Positions 15,947 through 25,816 of a stretch of 32,039 bases of DNA are shown piece by piece. Under the pieces are notes generated by a model, which worked only from the letters and a program-made list of their open reading frames with translations, made no database searches and was not told the origin of the DNA. Every line of letters begins with the position of its first letter. The stretch's first letter is position 1. The stretch lies in the IMG/VR virus record IMGVR_UViG_3300020042_009695, positions 1-32,039 of that record, one strand, 5' to 3'. The DNA is from a virus. Taxonomy: Duplodnaviria > Caudoviricetes. Both the position numbers and the translations under genes were made by a program.

Positions 15947-16962
15947 AAATAAGCGTAATTTTTTGCCACTTTAAGTCAGGAAAGGTAAGTGCCTATTCCA
16001 TATACAAGTTGCTTAAACATAAAGGAAAACATGAAGTAGATATTCATGTAGTAAATAATAGTGTAGGTGATGGTTCTGAAAAGTACCTTGAACCATTTAT
16101 GGATAAAATAAAATACCACGAAACACCTAAAGGCAAATTTACCTCACATGGTATAGGTATTGATTCTGTTATACCATTAGTAGATTCAGATTATTTTATT
16201 ACTTCTGAAAGTGATGCGTTCCCCGAAAACGATAATTGGTTAGATTACTTTGAGCCACTTATTGAACAAGGGGTAGATATGGCGGGTTCTTTTATGAAGT
16301 TATCGGGCGGGGTCTACCTTCATCCCTGCGGGGGCATATTCCGTAAATCAATGTGGGAAGAAGCTAAAAAATATTGCAATAATATCCCTTACACTTATTT
16401 CCCAAATATGTGGCAAAAAGAAGGCTTTTCGGGGCACACGATGATACACGATTCTGTACTACAAAGAGTACTTGCATCACCCGAAGATTATTTTGATTTA
16501 GCCGAATCATATAAAGGGCTTACAATGAAAGAAATGATGGATAGGGCTATTGAGTATTCCCCAACAAATTGTCCGTTCCACAACGGGATGGGGATGCGAC
16601 AAGAATCAGTAAAAACATACGGCAATAGAACACCTGAATCAGAAGTTCCAAACGTAATGTTAGATGGCAAAAGCAAATTAATATTTAGAATTGGTGCAGA
16701 GCCAAATCAATGGTTTACCTACTACGCTATGGCTAATAATAAAAAAGTAGTAGATATCCCAACCATAACAAAGTGGATGCCTAATAGAGAAAATCAACAA
16801 CAAGAATATACACTAATGGAAAACGGTTTCCGTCATATTTGGTGCGGTTCTTCATACCTTTCAATGAAAGACACCGAATATCACGATGTATATGAATTTA
16901 AAAGCAACATGATAAACGAATTATACGAAAGTATGCCACAACAATTTAAAATCAATCAATAA
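15943..16962 (+). CDS. GT-A fold (GT2-like) glycosyltransferase
   Basis: MKISVIF, VVNNS, HGIGID, DYFITSESDAFP..NWL. Confidence 0.7.
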   Translation: MKISVIFCHFKSGKVSAYSIYKLLKHKGKHEVDIHVVNNSVGDGSEKYLEPFMDKIKYHETPKGKFTSHGIGIDSVIPLVDSDYFITSESDAFPENDNWLDYFEPLIEQGVDMAGSFMKLSGGVYLHPCGGIFRKSMWEEAKKYCNNIPYTYFPNMWQKEGFSGHTMIHDSVLQRVLASPEDYFDLAESYKGLTMKEMMDRAIEYSPTNCPFHNGMGMRQESVKTYGNRTPESEVPNVMLDGKSKLIFRIGAEPNQWFTYYAMANNKKVVDIPTITKWMPNRENQQQEYTLMENGFRHIWCGSSYLSMKDTEYHDVYEFKSNMINELYESMPQQFKINQ

Positions 16963-17786
16963 TGGAAGCAAAAAAAGTAATTCAAACCTTTTCGCATTAT
17001 GGTAATATTGGGGACACAATTGGTTCTCTACCCGCACTACGACAGTATTACAGACTAACGGGGATTAAACCTATTCTGTATTTAGTTAAAGACCATCCCG
17101 CTATTTATGCAGATGGATTGACGCACCCAACCCGAAATTCGGAAGGGGTTGAAGTTTCCCTAAACCAACAAGTATGCGAACTATTAAAGCCATTAGTAGA
17201 GGCGCAAGACTACATTGAAGAAGTAAGAATTATAAGCACTCACGATTACGAAAACCACGATATTCATATTAACCTAAGTGAAATAAGAAACACTTATGTT
17301 GGATGCCCGAATTTTGATTTAAGAAGGTGGTACTTTTATGTGTTCCCCGACCTTGCTTGTAATTTATTTGAACAATATCTTTTTGTAGATGATTCAGAAA
17401 AAGATTTGGCAAAAGGAAAGATTATCATAAGCAGAAGTGAAAGGTATCAGAATGAAAGTATTGATTACTCTTTCTTGAAAAAATACGAAGATGATATTTT
17501 GTTTTGTGGAACAATGAGAGAGTATAACAACTTTTCAATGAACTTTAATTTGGAAATAAAAAAGTTAGTTATAAAAGACTTCTACGAATATGCACAAGCG
17601 TTAAAGCAATGTAAGTTCCATTTATCTAATCAAACAATGGCTTTTCAAATATCGCAAGGGCTACAAATACCAAGAGTGGTAGAACTGTGCAGCTACGCAC
17701 CAAATGTTATTCCAACGGGAGAAAAAGCGTATGACTTCTTTTCGCAAGTTGCAATAGAGTATTACGTTAAAGAATTAATGAAATAA
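16962..17786 (+). CDS. GT9-like (heptosyltransferase-like, GT-B) glycosyltransferase
   Basis: GNIGDTIGSLPAL N-terminal motif; C-terminus ALKQCKFHLSNQTMAFQISQGLQIP parallels GT9 xxDSGxxHxAxAxxxP. Confidence 0.65.
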   Translation: MEAKKVIQTFSHYGNIGDTIGSLPALRQYYRLTGIKPILYLVKDHPAIYADGLTHPTRNSEGVEVSLNQQVCELLKPLVEAQDYIEEVRIISTHDYENHDIHINLSEIRNTYVGCPNFDLRRWYFYVFPDLACNLFEQYLFVDDSEKDLAKGKIIISRSERYQNESIDYSFLKKYEDDILFCGTMREYNNFSMNFNLEIKKLVIKDFYEYAQALKQCKFHLSNQTMAFQISQGLQIPRVVELCSYAPNVIPTGEKAYDFFSQVAIEYYVKELMK

Positions 17787-17822
17787 AAAAAGCCCCAATA
17801 ATAAGTTGGGGCAATTTTTTTT
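17785..17822. terminator. Bidirectional intrinsic terminator
   Basis: A-run, GCCCCAA-N7-TTGGGGC, T-run between convergent genes. Confidence 0.8.
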
Positions 17823-17833
17823 AATCAAATAAA

Positions 17834-18076
17834 TTAAGCGTTAAAAGCTGTAATCACTTGACTTTGGGTTTCACGAACATAGTACAAAGTACCATCAGGT
17901 GTTTGTAAAGCAGAGTACACATTGTAACCCGTAGATAAATCTCTTGTAGAGGAATCAATGGTATCTCTCACAAGTACATTTTGTGTTGGGAAAGCAAATC
18001 TTTGAGAAATTGCAGTTCCTACACCAACCTTAGAGTTGATTTGATACACGTTTAACGCTACTAAATTTGTTGCCAT
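17834..18076 (-). CDS. 80-aa beta-rich protein (start MATNLV), possible virion/decoration protein
   Basis: Own promoter TAAGTTTG (18115-18122, minus); S/T/V-rich; ORF-track extension overlaps promoters and another gene. Confidence 0.7.
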   Translation of the reverse strand: MATNLVALNVYQINSKVGVGTAISQRFAFPTQNVLVRDTIDSSTRDLSTGYNVYSALQTPDGTLYYVRETQSQVITAFNA

Positions 18077-18182
18077 TTTCTTTAAATTTAAAGTTTTGAA
18101 TGAATGAATGTAACCAAACTTAAATATATTTTTTTGTTTGTATTTTATTTTGGTATATATTAGCACCCAATAAGCCACCAAT

Positions 18183-18314
18183 TTGATAAAAAAGTTTACG
18201 ATAAGAATAAAAGTAGGGTTGTACGAAAAGCTAAAAGAGTACGCCAAAGAAAACTTTATGACCGTAAACGGTGCTATAATTCACATTTTAAACCAATTTC
18301 TAAATAAAAAATAA
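18183..18314 (+). CDS. Arc-like ribbon-helix-helix protein, 43 aa (TTG start)
   Basis: Manual ORF MIKKFTIRIKVGLYEKLKEYAKENFMTVNGAIIHILNQFLNKK; stop lies 1 nt before the groEL ATG. Confidence 0.7.
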   Translation: MIKKFTIRIKVGLYEKLKEYAKENFMTVNGAIIHILNQFLNKK

Positions 18315-18315
18315 T

Positions 18316-19914
18316 ATGCAAAAGCAAGTATTCTACGGCAAAGAAGCAAGACAAAAAATCTTAGCAGGTGTTCAAAAGATAGTTAAGGCTGTATCTGTAA
18401 CTATGGGTAGTTCAGGCAAAACGGTTTTGATAGGTAATGCCCAATATGGTAGTGATGGATTAGTTAGCTTACCTTCCATTATAACCAAAGACGGATATAC
18501 TGTTGCTCGTCATTTTGAGTTAAGCGACCAAGTGGAACAAAGAGGCGCATTGCTTGTAAAGGAAGCAGCGTTTAAGACAGTAGAAGAAGCGGGTGATGCT
18601 ACAACAGCCACAACCGTTTTAGCGGGTGCATTGATTGACGGTGGAATGAAATTAGTAGACGAAGGTGCTAATTCCCAAGAAGTAAAAAGGGGTATTGATG
18701 CAGCAGTAGAAGAAGTGGTTGCCGAATTAAAGAAAATGTCCGTTCAAGTAGCGGGTGATAATAATAAAATTCGTCAAGTAGCAACCGTTTCAGCTAATAA
18801 CGATGAAGTAATTGGCGGCTATATTGCAGAAGCCTACGAAAAGATAGGACACGATGGAGTTATTGATATTGACAAGTCAAACAGTTTGCAGACAAATATC
18901 AAGGTAGCAGACGGGTTTAAATTTGACAGAGGTTGGATTAGTCCACTTTTCTTAACCGATAGAGCAAAAGAAATAGCTGAATTTGAAAACCCGATTATCT
19001 TGTTGTACGACAAAAGAATTAATCATCATACGCAAGTACAAAGAGCATTAGAGTTATCTATTCAATCAAATAGACCGTTGCTTATTATTTGTGAAGATGC
19101 AGAAGGTGAAGGGTTGGCTATTATGGGTATGAATAATGTACAACAAAGAATTAGAGTTTGCGTTGTTAAATCACCAAGTTTTGGTTCTGAAAGATTAGAT
19201 TATATGCAAGATATAGCCCTATTGACGGGTGGTAAATACATTTCAGACTTATACGGTTTGGATATTAAGCAAGTAGAAATGGCTCAATTTGGTACGGCTA
19301 AAAAAGTAATCGTATCAAGGGATGAAACAGTAATCATTGAAGGTAACGGCAATAAAGCAGAAATTACCGAATTAGTGAACGACCTTAAAATGAACCTTGC
19401 ACAAGCCAAAACACCCGAAGATAAAGCCCCAATAGAAAAACGTATAGCAAGACTAACGGGTGGTGTTGCAGTAATTGAAGTGGGTGCAGCTACCGAAAGT
19501 GAATTAGGTGAAAAATTAGATAGGTACGATGATGCAATTAGAGCCACGAAAGCGGCTATTAGTGATGGTATTGTAGCAGGTGGCGGTACAGCTTTTCTTA
19601 GAATTTTTGAGAAGATGATTTCGGTTTCTCCAAAAAATGATTTTGAAAAAGGTCAAAATTTAGTAAACGAAAGTTTATTAGCCCCGATTACTCAAATATT
19701 AATTAATGCAGGTTTAGATGAAGATAAGATTATTCAAGATGTAATAGGTGAAAGCGGAAACAATGGCTACAACTTAAAAAGCGGTAAGATAGAAGATTTA
19801 ATGAAAACGGGAATTATTGATTCTACAAAAGCCCTAAGATGTGCATTAGTAAACGCTGCAAGTGTGGCGGGTTCGGCTATTACTTCTGAATGTATTATTG
19901 TAACAATATCTTAA
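18316..19914 (+). CDS. groEL: Phage-encoded chaperonin GroEL
   Basis: ITKDGYTVA, AGDATTATTVLA, VATVSAN, FDRG.ISP.F, RIARLTGGVAVI.VGAATE.E, DA..AT.AA..GIVAGGG. Confidence 0.95.
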   Translation: MQKQVFYGKEARQKILAGVQKIVKAVSVTMGSSGKTVLIGNAQYGSDGLVSLPSIITKDGYTVARHFELSDQVEQRGALLVKEAAFKTVEEAGDATTATTVLAGALIDGGMKLVDEGANSQEVKRGIDAAVEEVVAELKKMSVQVAGDNNKIRQVATVSANNDEVIGGYIAEAYEKIGHDGVIDIDKSNSLQTNIKVADGFKFDRGWISPLFLTDRAKEIAEFENPIILLYDKRINHHTQVQRALELSIQSNRPLLIICEDAEGEGLAIMGMNNVQQRIRVCVVKSPSFGSERLDYMQDIALLTGGKYISDLYGLDIKQVEMAQFGTAKKVIVSRDETVIIEGNGNKAEITELVNDLKMNLAQAKTPEDKAPIEKRIARLTGGVAVIEVGAATESELGEKLDRYDDAIRATKAAISDGIVAGGGTAFLRIFEKMISVSPKNDFEKGQNLVNESLLAPITQILINAGLDEDKIIQDVIGESGNNGYNLKSGKIEDLMKTGIIDSTKALRCALVNAASVAGSAITSECIIVTIS

Positions 19915-19936
19915 TGTTCCACGAAAAACTATAAAA

Positions 19937-20203
19937 ATGTCTATAAAAGCTACAAACAATTACATTTTCATTATCCGTGATGAAGAAAAGTCAGAAGTAA
20001 ACGGATTGCTATTGCCGCCATCATCAGCAATAAAACCACATACGGGGATTATATTTAGCGTAGGTGGTAAAGTTACAGACCCAAATATTGTTAAAAGCGT
20101 TGGTTTAACGGCTTTGTTTCATCAAGGAATAGGTTACACTATTGAAGATGAAGGAAACAAGTATTTAGTGCTACAAGAACACGAAATCATTGCAATTAAA
20201 TAA
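19937..20203 (+). CDS. groES: Co-chaperonin GroES
   Basis: Mobile loop EEKSEVNGLLLP, G.IFSVG, EGNKYLVLQEHEIIAI. Confidence 0.85.
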   Translation: MSIKATNNYIFIIRDEEKSEVNGLLLPPSSAIKPHTGIIFSVGGKVTDPNIVKSVGLTALFHQGIGYTIEDEGNKYLVLQEHEIIAIK

Positions 20204-20208
20204 TTAAG

Positions 20209-20754
20209 ATGCAGTCTGTAAACAATAGAATTATAGTTAGGGTTGATATGGCTCAAAAGAACCGAATGAAAATAGGTGATATTTGGGTGCAATCAGCCCT
20301 ACTTTATAACAGTAATTATAGAGAGAAATCACCCGTAATAGCAGAAGTTATTTCAGGTAATCATAAGCTAAAAGAGGGAATGTTTATCTGTTGCCACCAT
20401 AATCATTTTTACCATCCATCACCTTATTTTCTTCAAGACGACCTTTATAGCATCCCCTTTAACAAAACTATTTTTGGGTTTTTTAAGGAAAACGGAGAGT
20501 TAATTCCCGTATGCGATAATGTATTTGGAAGCAGAATAGAGATACCTTCTACTATACCTTTACCACCCGAAATGGTGCAGAAATACAATAACAAAATAAC
20601 TTGCACAAACGGACACGATACCAAGTACAAGAAGGGGGAAACAATATTTACAAGACCAAATGCACCCTATGATATAGTCTATAATTGGGATGGCAATGAA
20701 ATCGTAGTAACAAAGGTTTCAGAGGATATGATTGTGGGGTATAAGCCAATTTGA
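20209..20754 (+). CDS. Divergent tandem GroES-like protein
   Basis: NNRIIVRV..AEVIS...LKEG..I repeated as PVCDNVF..KKGETIF..DG.E...VSEDMIVG. Confidence 0.55.
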   Translation: MQSVNNRIIVRVDMAQKNRMKIGDIWVQSALLYNSNYREKSPVIAEVISGNHKLKEGMFICCHHNHFYHPSPYFLQDDLYSIPFNKTIFGFFKENGELIPVCDNVFGSRIEIPSTIPLPPEMVQKYNNKITCTNGHDTKYKKGETIFTRPNAPYDIVYNWDGNEIVVTKVSEDMIVGYKPI

Positions 20755-20809
20755 TGATTTTAAGCTGATTTTATCAAATATTGTTTATTTTAGTTCCAAA
20801 TTTTCGTAT

Positions 20810-23251
20810 ATGTCCGACAACCAAGTATCTACCAACCCGCTTTTGCAACGGTTTTTTGATTCTCCAAAAGAACGTGAAAATATAGAAAATGGCAAAAGAA
20901 TAGTTAGGGCTTTTTATCAACAGCAGGTATCAAATCAAACTAACCTAAATTATTTCTTTGGTAGAAAACAAAGATGGCAAGAACTTCTTTTATGGGCTAA
21001 AGGTAGCCAAAATATGAAAGAGTTTTTGAACTACATTGATGTTTCCGATGCGAATAAATCATACGTTAATATTGACCCTACTCAACAAAGAATAGCAGCA
21101 AAGTTTGTCGGAACACTTGTAGAGAGTATGGCTAAGAATAAAACTTTCCCACAAGTAAAAGCTATTGACGATGGGAGTATGACTGAAAAGCAAGAAAGAC
21201 TTTTTGATGCTTTATATCGTATGTATGACCAAGACTTAGTTAATGAATTAAGTCAAGAAGCGGGAGTGGCTTTTGAACCACCTAATGCGTATGTTCCCGA
21301 TGATGAAATTTCAGCAAAAGTATATTTTGAATTAGAAGATAGGTTGCCTAAAGAAATACGATTTGAACAAATGTTATTAAAGGTTCAAAACGATATTAAG
21401 TTTGAGAGAGTGCTTAACAGAAAAGGAATATACGACCTTGTTACATTAAACTTTGAAGCAACTAAAATTGAAAGACTTGCACCAAAGCAATACACCGTAA
21501 GAAAATGTATTCCTACTAATATGGTCTACAATTTCTTTATGAACGATACAGGCGACCAAGAAGTAACAATGGTAGGCGAATTTTATAATTTGAAAGTAAA
21601 AGATTTTAGAGCAAGGTTTGGTAAATCAGAAACAAATAAAAACGGATTATCAGAACAACAAATATTTGAACTTGCTAAAATGTCTACCAATAAAAACATT
21701 GGTACTTTTAGTTTTAATTGGATTCCACAATGGGAGTATAGCGCATACAACGTAACAAGACCTTACGATGATTATTCTATTTTAGTTTTTGATTGTGAAG
21801 TTGATTGCGGTGAAGATGTTTATTTTACTTCTAAGAAAGATAGTTTTGGTAGAGAAGTTATTGAAGCAAAAAAAGGTGTTCCCTACCAAGTAAAACAAAA
21901 AGATGGTAAAGTAATTAATCAAGAAAAGCCCGAAGATGTAGAGGTAATTAAAAAGAAAAGAAACACTTGGATGCGTGGAGTATATGCACCTTATGGTGAA
22001 GTTATGCTTTATTGGGGCAGACCCGATGTTATTGTTTGCCCTTACACTTCTGTAAACAAAGCGTTATCTTCTTACACAATAAATATTCCTAATAATGATG
22101 GAGATTATGTTCCTTCTTTATTTGAAAGAGCATTAGAGCCATTAAGAGAATACACGCTAACAAAACTAAAAAGAAAGCAATTAATAAGTTTAATTAAACC
22201 TTCGGGAATACGAATAGATATTGAAGCAGCAAGAAACTTAGACTTAGGAAACGGTGATAGTATAGCTTGGGAAGAAGTGGTAAGAATATACAATCAAACA
22301 GGTAATGAAATATGGAGTAGTAAAGGGATAGACCCACTACAACCACAAGCCCCACCACTAAGCAATACAGTACAAGACACAAGCGTACAAAAAATAGCAG
22401 AACTAACAAATATCCTAAACGCTATTGTAGCAGAGATAAGAGATTTATTAGGCGTTCCCGTTTATCGTGATGGCTCTGATGTAGGTGATAGAACGGCTGC
22501 GAAATTAGCAGAAGGACAAAACCAAAGTTCTTACAACGTAACCGACTATATCCCAAATGCACACAACCAAGTTTGGGAAGAAACATACTACAAACTATGC
22601 CTACTTCATTGGAACGATATAGTAAAAGAAGAACCTGAATCGGTAAACGATATGCTTAATACAAGGTTTGACGTTTCTATACAAATGAAGTCTACCGAAT
22701 ATCAAAAGCAATTAATGGAAGCCGATATTCAAAGATGGTCGCAAGTAGTAGATGCACAAGGTAATCCAATGCTTACACCGAAAGATGCAATGATACTTAG
22801 GGATATTCAAAACCCTAAACTTGCTCAATGGTATTTGGTTTCAACTTTAGAAAAAAACAAAAAAGAATCAGAAGAAAGAAGTGCAAGGCTTCAACAACAA
22901 AACGCAGAGGTTCAAAAGGAATCCATGATAGCTGCTAAAGAAGAAGAATTTAAAGCACTTGAAGCCAAAATGGTTATTGATACAAAATCAAAACAATTTG
23001 AAAGCAAAGAAAAGAAAGAGCAAATCTTTTTAGAGAAAATTGGTGAAATGCGTAAAGCATCAATACAGCCACCTGCGGAATGGTTAAAGGTAGAAAAGCA
23101 AATTTTACAAGGATTGTTAATGGATGCTTCAATGGAAAATCGGGAAACAGAAATGGCAATAGAACAAGGAATACAAGAAGCAGAACAACAAGCAATGCAG
23201 CAAGAACAACAAATGATGCAAGAACAAATGCAAATGCCACAACAAGTTTAA
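20810..23251 (+). CDS. Portal protein, crAss-like (start MSDNQ)
   Basis: ~813 aa; AKG.Q...F, KFV.TLV, IRDLLGV...RDGS, Q/M/E-rich C-terminal coiled coil; adjacent to TerL. Confidence 0.75.
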   Translation: MSDNQVSTNPLLQRFFDSPKERENIENGKRIVRAFYQQQVSNQTNLNYFFGRKQRWQELLLWAKGSQNMKEFLNYIDVSDANKSYVNIDPTQQRIAAKFVGTLVESMAKNKTFPQVKAIDDGSMTEKQERLFDALYRMYDQDLVNELSQEAGVAFEPPNAYVPDDEISAKVYFELEDRLPKEIRFEQMLLKVQNDIKFERVLNRKGIYDLVTLNFEATKIERLAPKQYTVRKCIPTNMVYNFFMNDTGDQEVTMVGEFYNLKVKDFRARFGKSETNKNGLSEQQIFELAKMSTNKNIGTFSFNWIPQWEYSAYNVTRPYDDYSILVFDCEVDCGEDVYFTSKKDSFGREVIEAKKGVPYQVKQKDGKVINQEKPEDVEVIKKKRNTWMRGVYAPYGEVMLYWGRPDVIVCPYTSVNKALSSYTINIPNNDGDYVPSLFERALEPLREYTLTKLKRKQLISLIKPSGIRIDIEAARNLDLGNGDSIAWEEVVRIYNQTGNEIWSSKGIDPLQPQAPPLSNTVQDTSVQKIAELTNILNAIVAEIRDLLGVPVYRDGSDVGDRTAAKLAEGQNQSSYNVTDYIPNAHNQVWEETYYKLCLLHWNDIVKEEPESVNDMLNTRFDVSIQMKSTEYQKQLMEADIQRWSQVVDAQGNPMLTPKDAMILRDIQNPKLAQWYLVSTLEKNKKESEERSARLQQQNAEVQKESMIAAKEEEFKALEAKMVIDTKSKQFESKEKKEQIFLEKIGEMRKASIQPPAEWLKVEKQILQGLLMDASMENRETEMAIEQGIQEAEQQAMQQEQQMMQEQMQMPQQV

Positions 23252-23269
23252 TAACATAAATATTTTAAT

Positions 23270-23638
23270 ATGCCCAACGAAGAATCGTTGCAAACGCAAT
23301 TAGAACAAGCATTAGCTAAAATAAAAGAATTAGAGAAATCAAACGCTTATCTTTTATCCGAAAAAGAAAAGTACGAAAACGGTGATGCGAAACTGTACTA
23401 CTCAATTCAAAGGAAGCTATCAGAAATGGCTATTTCATTAAATGGTCAAAGCCTTGAAAATGTAGACTTTGCCGCAAAATCAGATGCAACTTTTGATAGA
23501 GTATTTAAACTTCTTGAAAAAGCAGAAAGCGTAACTAATGCTTCAAAAGCGTTGGGCATAGCTGCGGGTGTTACGGGTGATGAATCAGCAGATACAAAAA
23601 AACCATTCACCGATAGAGTTGCGTTAGAAAGAAAATGA
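23270..23638 (+). CDS. Coiled-coil protein, probable terminase small subunit
   Basis: Size and ATGA coupling to TerL; positional inference. Confidence 0.5.
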   Translation: MPNEESLQTQLEQALAKIKELEKSNAYLLSEKEKYENGDAKLYYSIQRKLSEMAISLNGQSLENVDFAAKSDATFDRVFKLLEKAESVTNASKALGIAAGVTGDESADTKKPFTDRVALERK

Positions 23639-25716
23639 GCCAATACATTGAAATATATGGAACAAAAGTAAAACTACCTGAACGACCAAAAGACGAGGAT
23701 GCAATAAACTTTGGTAAGCCCCGAAAAGAACAAAAATGGGAACGTGGCGAACTTCCTAATTTTTTTGAAGATGTTTCTTACACTAAGGATGGTAAATTAG
23801 TTTTAACACCCCAACAAGATAGGTATGCAGAACAAGAGTTGGATAGGTGTAGAAACGGAATACATATATGGATAGGGGAAAGAATGAGGTATGTAACGGG
23901 TAGGTATTATTTCTATCTTAAATACTATGTTCTTGAAGATGGCAACCCGCCTGAATTTAGAGAAGCCGATAGGCTTTATTTTTTGTTTTGGCAGCATTGG
24001 TTTCTTATTTTATGGTGTTTGGGAATTGTTAGGATTAAAAAAAGACGGCAAGGTGCTTCCTCTCAAAGTTGTTCAAACGTACTTTACGAAGCAATATTTT
24101 TTAAGAATAGTAACTGCGGTTTATTATCAAAGACAAGGGATGATAGTAAGGCTACGTTTACGGAAATGATAACTAACGCTTACCAACTTTTGCCTTGTTT
24201 TTTTAAGCAAAGATTATTAGGTAAGGAAGATACAGTAACCGAATTAGTGCTTATGCACGATAAAGGAAGTTACTCAAAAATAAACTACAAAGCACCCGTA
24301 CTAAACGCTTACGATAGAGGTCGTATGAGTTATGTGCTTTTAGACGAAGGTGGTAAGTACCCACAAGAAACACCCGTTTCAAGACTTCTTGCAATTATAT
24401 CTAAAACATTAACTAAGGGCGTTAAAAGAGTTGGTTGGCTTGATGCCCCTTCTACTGTAAACGAATTAACTAAGGGTGGTGGTGCAGAATACAAAAAAGT
24501 ATTTGAAGCAGCCAATCAATTTAAAAGACCTATAACTCTAAATAGATTAGTTAGATTCTTTCAACCCGCTTATGAAGCATACGAAGGTTTTATTGATGAA
24601 TATGGAGATAGTGTAGTTGATGTACCTACCGAAGAACAATACGAATACTTAACAAACAAATGGGTTCAAAGGGATGAAGATGGAAACTTAATTTCAGAAC
24701 TTTCAGAAGATGATATAAGGTTAGGCGCAAAGGTGTATGTAATGCACAAGCGTAGAGAAGGGTTGTCGGGAACTGATTTGGAAGAAGAAACAAGGATGAA
24801 CCCTTGTAGCGAGGAAGAAGCATTTATGTTTGCGGGTCAAGGATGCGAGTTCAATTCTACAAACATTAACAACCAAATAAAAGAACTTGAAGAAAACCCC
24901 GTCTACATAAGACAATGTAGATTGGTTCTAAAAAAAGAAAAAATACCAAAAAAGTTTCCAACAGATAAAGACAAGGAACGTGAAGTAGTTGGTTTTATGG
25001 ATGATGCTAAAGGTGGTTGGTTTTTACTTGAAGAACCAATGAAACCAAATGATTATAAACTTGGAAACTATTTAGAACCAAAATTAGAATCACCATATAT
25101 AATAGGCGTAGATACAACCCAACAAGATAGAATAGCCGAAAACGGTTCAGACCCCGCTATATGTGTATTTAAGAAATCAGTTATTGTAGATGGAGAAGAA
25201 ACGGGAATGTACCCCGTAGCATTATGGATTTCTCCAACAAGGTTAGATATTCATTTTGACGAAGAAGTAAGAAAGGCGTGTTTATGGTATTCAGCAAAAG
25301 CAAACTATGAGATTGATAGAAGAACTGATTATTACCGACATTTCTGTAAAATGAACTCACAAGCGTTCCTTCAATGGACACCAAAGGTTTTACAGAACCC
25401 ACTTAAAAGAAATTTCAGATTAGAATACGGTAGCAGAAGTGGCGACCCTTTCCAACTACAACAAATGCTTGAAATAAGCAAGATGTATATGGATGGAACA
25501 GATAACGAAGTTTTTAATGGTCATGTTCACAGAATTAAGTTTATTATTATTCTTAAACAAGCACTTGCTTACGACCATAGTAATCGTACTCCAAGTGATA
25601 TTTTTGTTGCCTTACAGATGGCACTTGTAGCAGTATTCGGTGAAACACAAGTAGTTAAAACGGACTTTAAAAAGCAACAAATCCTACCTACTTTCAAAAT
25701 AAACTTAGCTGTTTAA
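23635..25716 (+). CDS. terL: Terminase large subunit
   Basis: RCRNG, TGRYYFYL, Walker A KKRRQGAS, Walker B VLLDEGGK, PST motif III, nuclease IIGVD. Confidence 0.9.
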   Translation: MSQYIEIYGTKVKLPERPKDEDAINFGKPRKEQKWERGELPNFFEDVSYTKDGKLVLTPQQDRYAEQELDRCRNGIHIWIGERMRYVTGRYYFYLKYYVLEDGNPPEFREADRLYFLFWQHWFLILWCLGIVRIKKRRQGASSQSCSNVLYEAIFFKNSNCGLLSKTRDDSKATFTEMITNAYQLLPCFFKQRLLGKEDTVTELVLMHDKGSYSKINYKAPVLNAYDRGRMSYVLLDEGGKYPQETPVSRLLAIISKTLTKGVKRVGWLDAPSTVNELTKGGGAEYKKVFEAANQFKRPITLNRLVRFFQPAYEAYEGFIDEYGDSVVDVPTEEQYEYLTNKWVQRDEDGNLISELSEDDIRLGAKVYVMHKRREGLSGTDLEEETRMNPCSEEEAFMFAGQGCEFNSTNINNQIKELEENPVYIRQCRLVLKKEKIPKKFPTDKDKEREVVGFMDDAKGGWFLLEEPMKPNDYKLGNYLEPKLESPYIIGVDTTQQDRIAENGSDPAICVFKKSVIVDGEETGMYPVALWISPTRLDIHFDEEVRKACLWYSAKANYEIDRRTDYYRHFCKMNSQAFLQWTPKVLQNPLKRNFRLEYGSRSGDPFQLQQMLEISKMYMDGTDNEVFNGHVHRIKFIIILKQALAYDHSNRTPSDIFVALQMALVAVFGETQVVKTDFKKQQILPTFKINLAV

Positions 25717-25773
25717 TTAGTTTAATATGTTAAAAAAAGATTAAAATTATTTCTTTTGATTAAAAAACTAATA

Positions 25774-25781
25774 TATATTTG
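25774..25781 (+). promoter_or_regulatory. -7 promoter element TATATTTG for scaffold/MCP
   Basis: Consensus TAnnTTTG in the intergenic gap. Confidence 0.55.
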
Positions 25782-25816
25782 GTCATTAATCATTTACCCC
25801 CAAAAAATTAAAAATT

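Noticed and set aside
18316-20203. groEL/groES as host chromosomal DNA (prophage boundary or chimera)
   Set aside because: Order is groEL-groES, the sequence is divergent, it shows the same motif avoidance as the phage genes, and it is flanked by phage genes.
23635-25716. Intein or intron in TerL (also checked DnaB)
   Set aside because: Lengths are normal, motifs are contiguous, and no intein-type splice junctions were seen.
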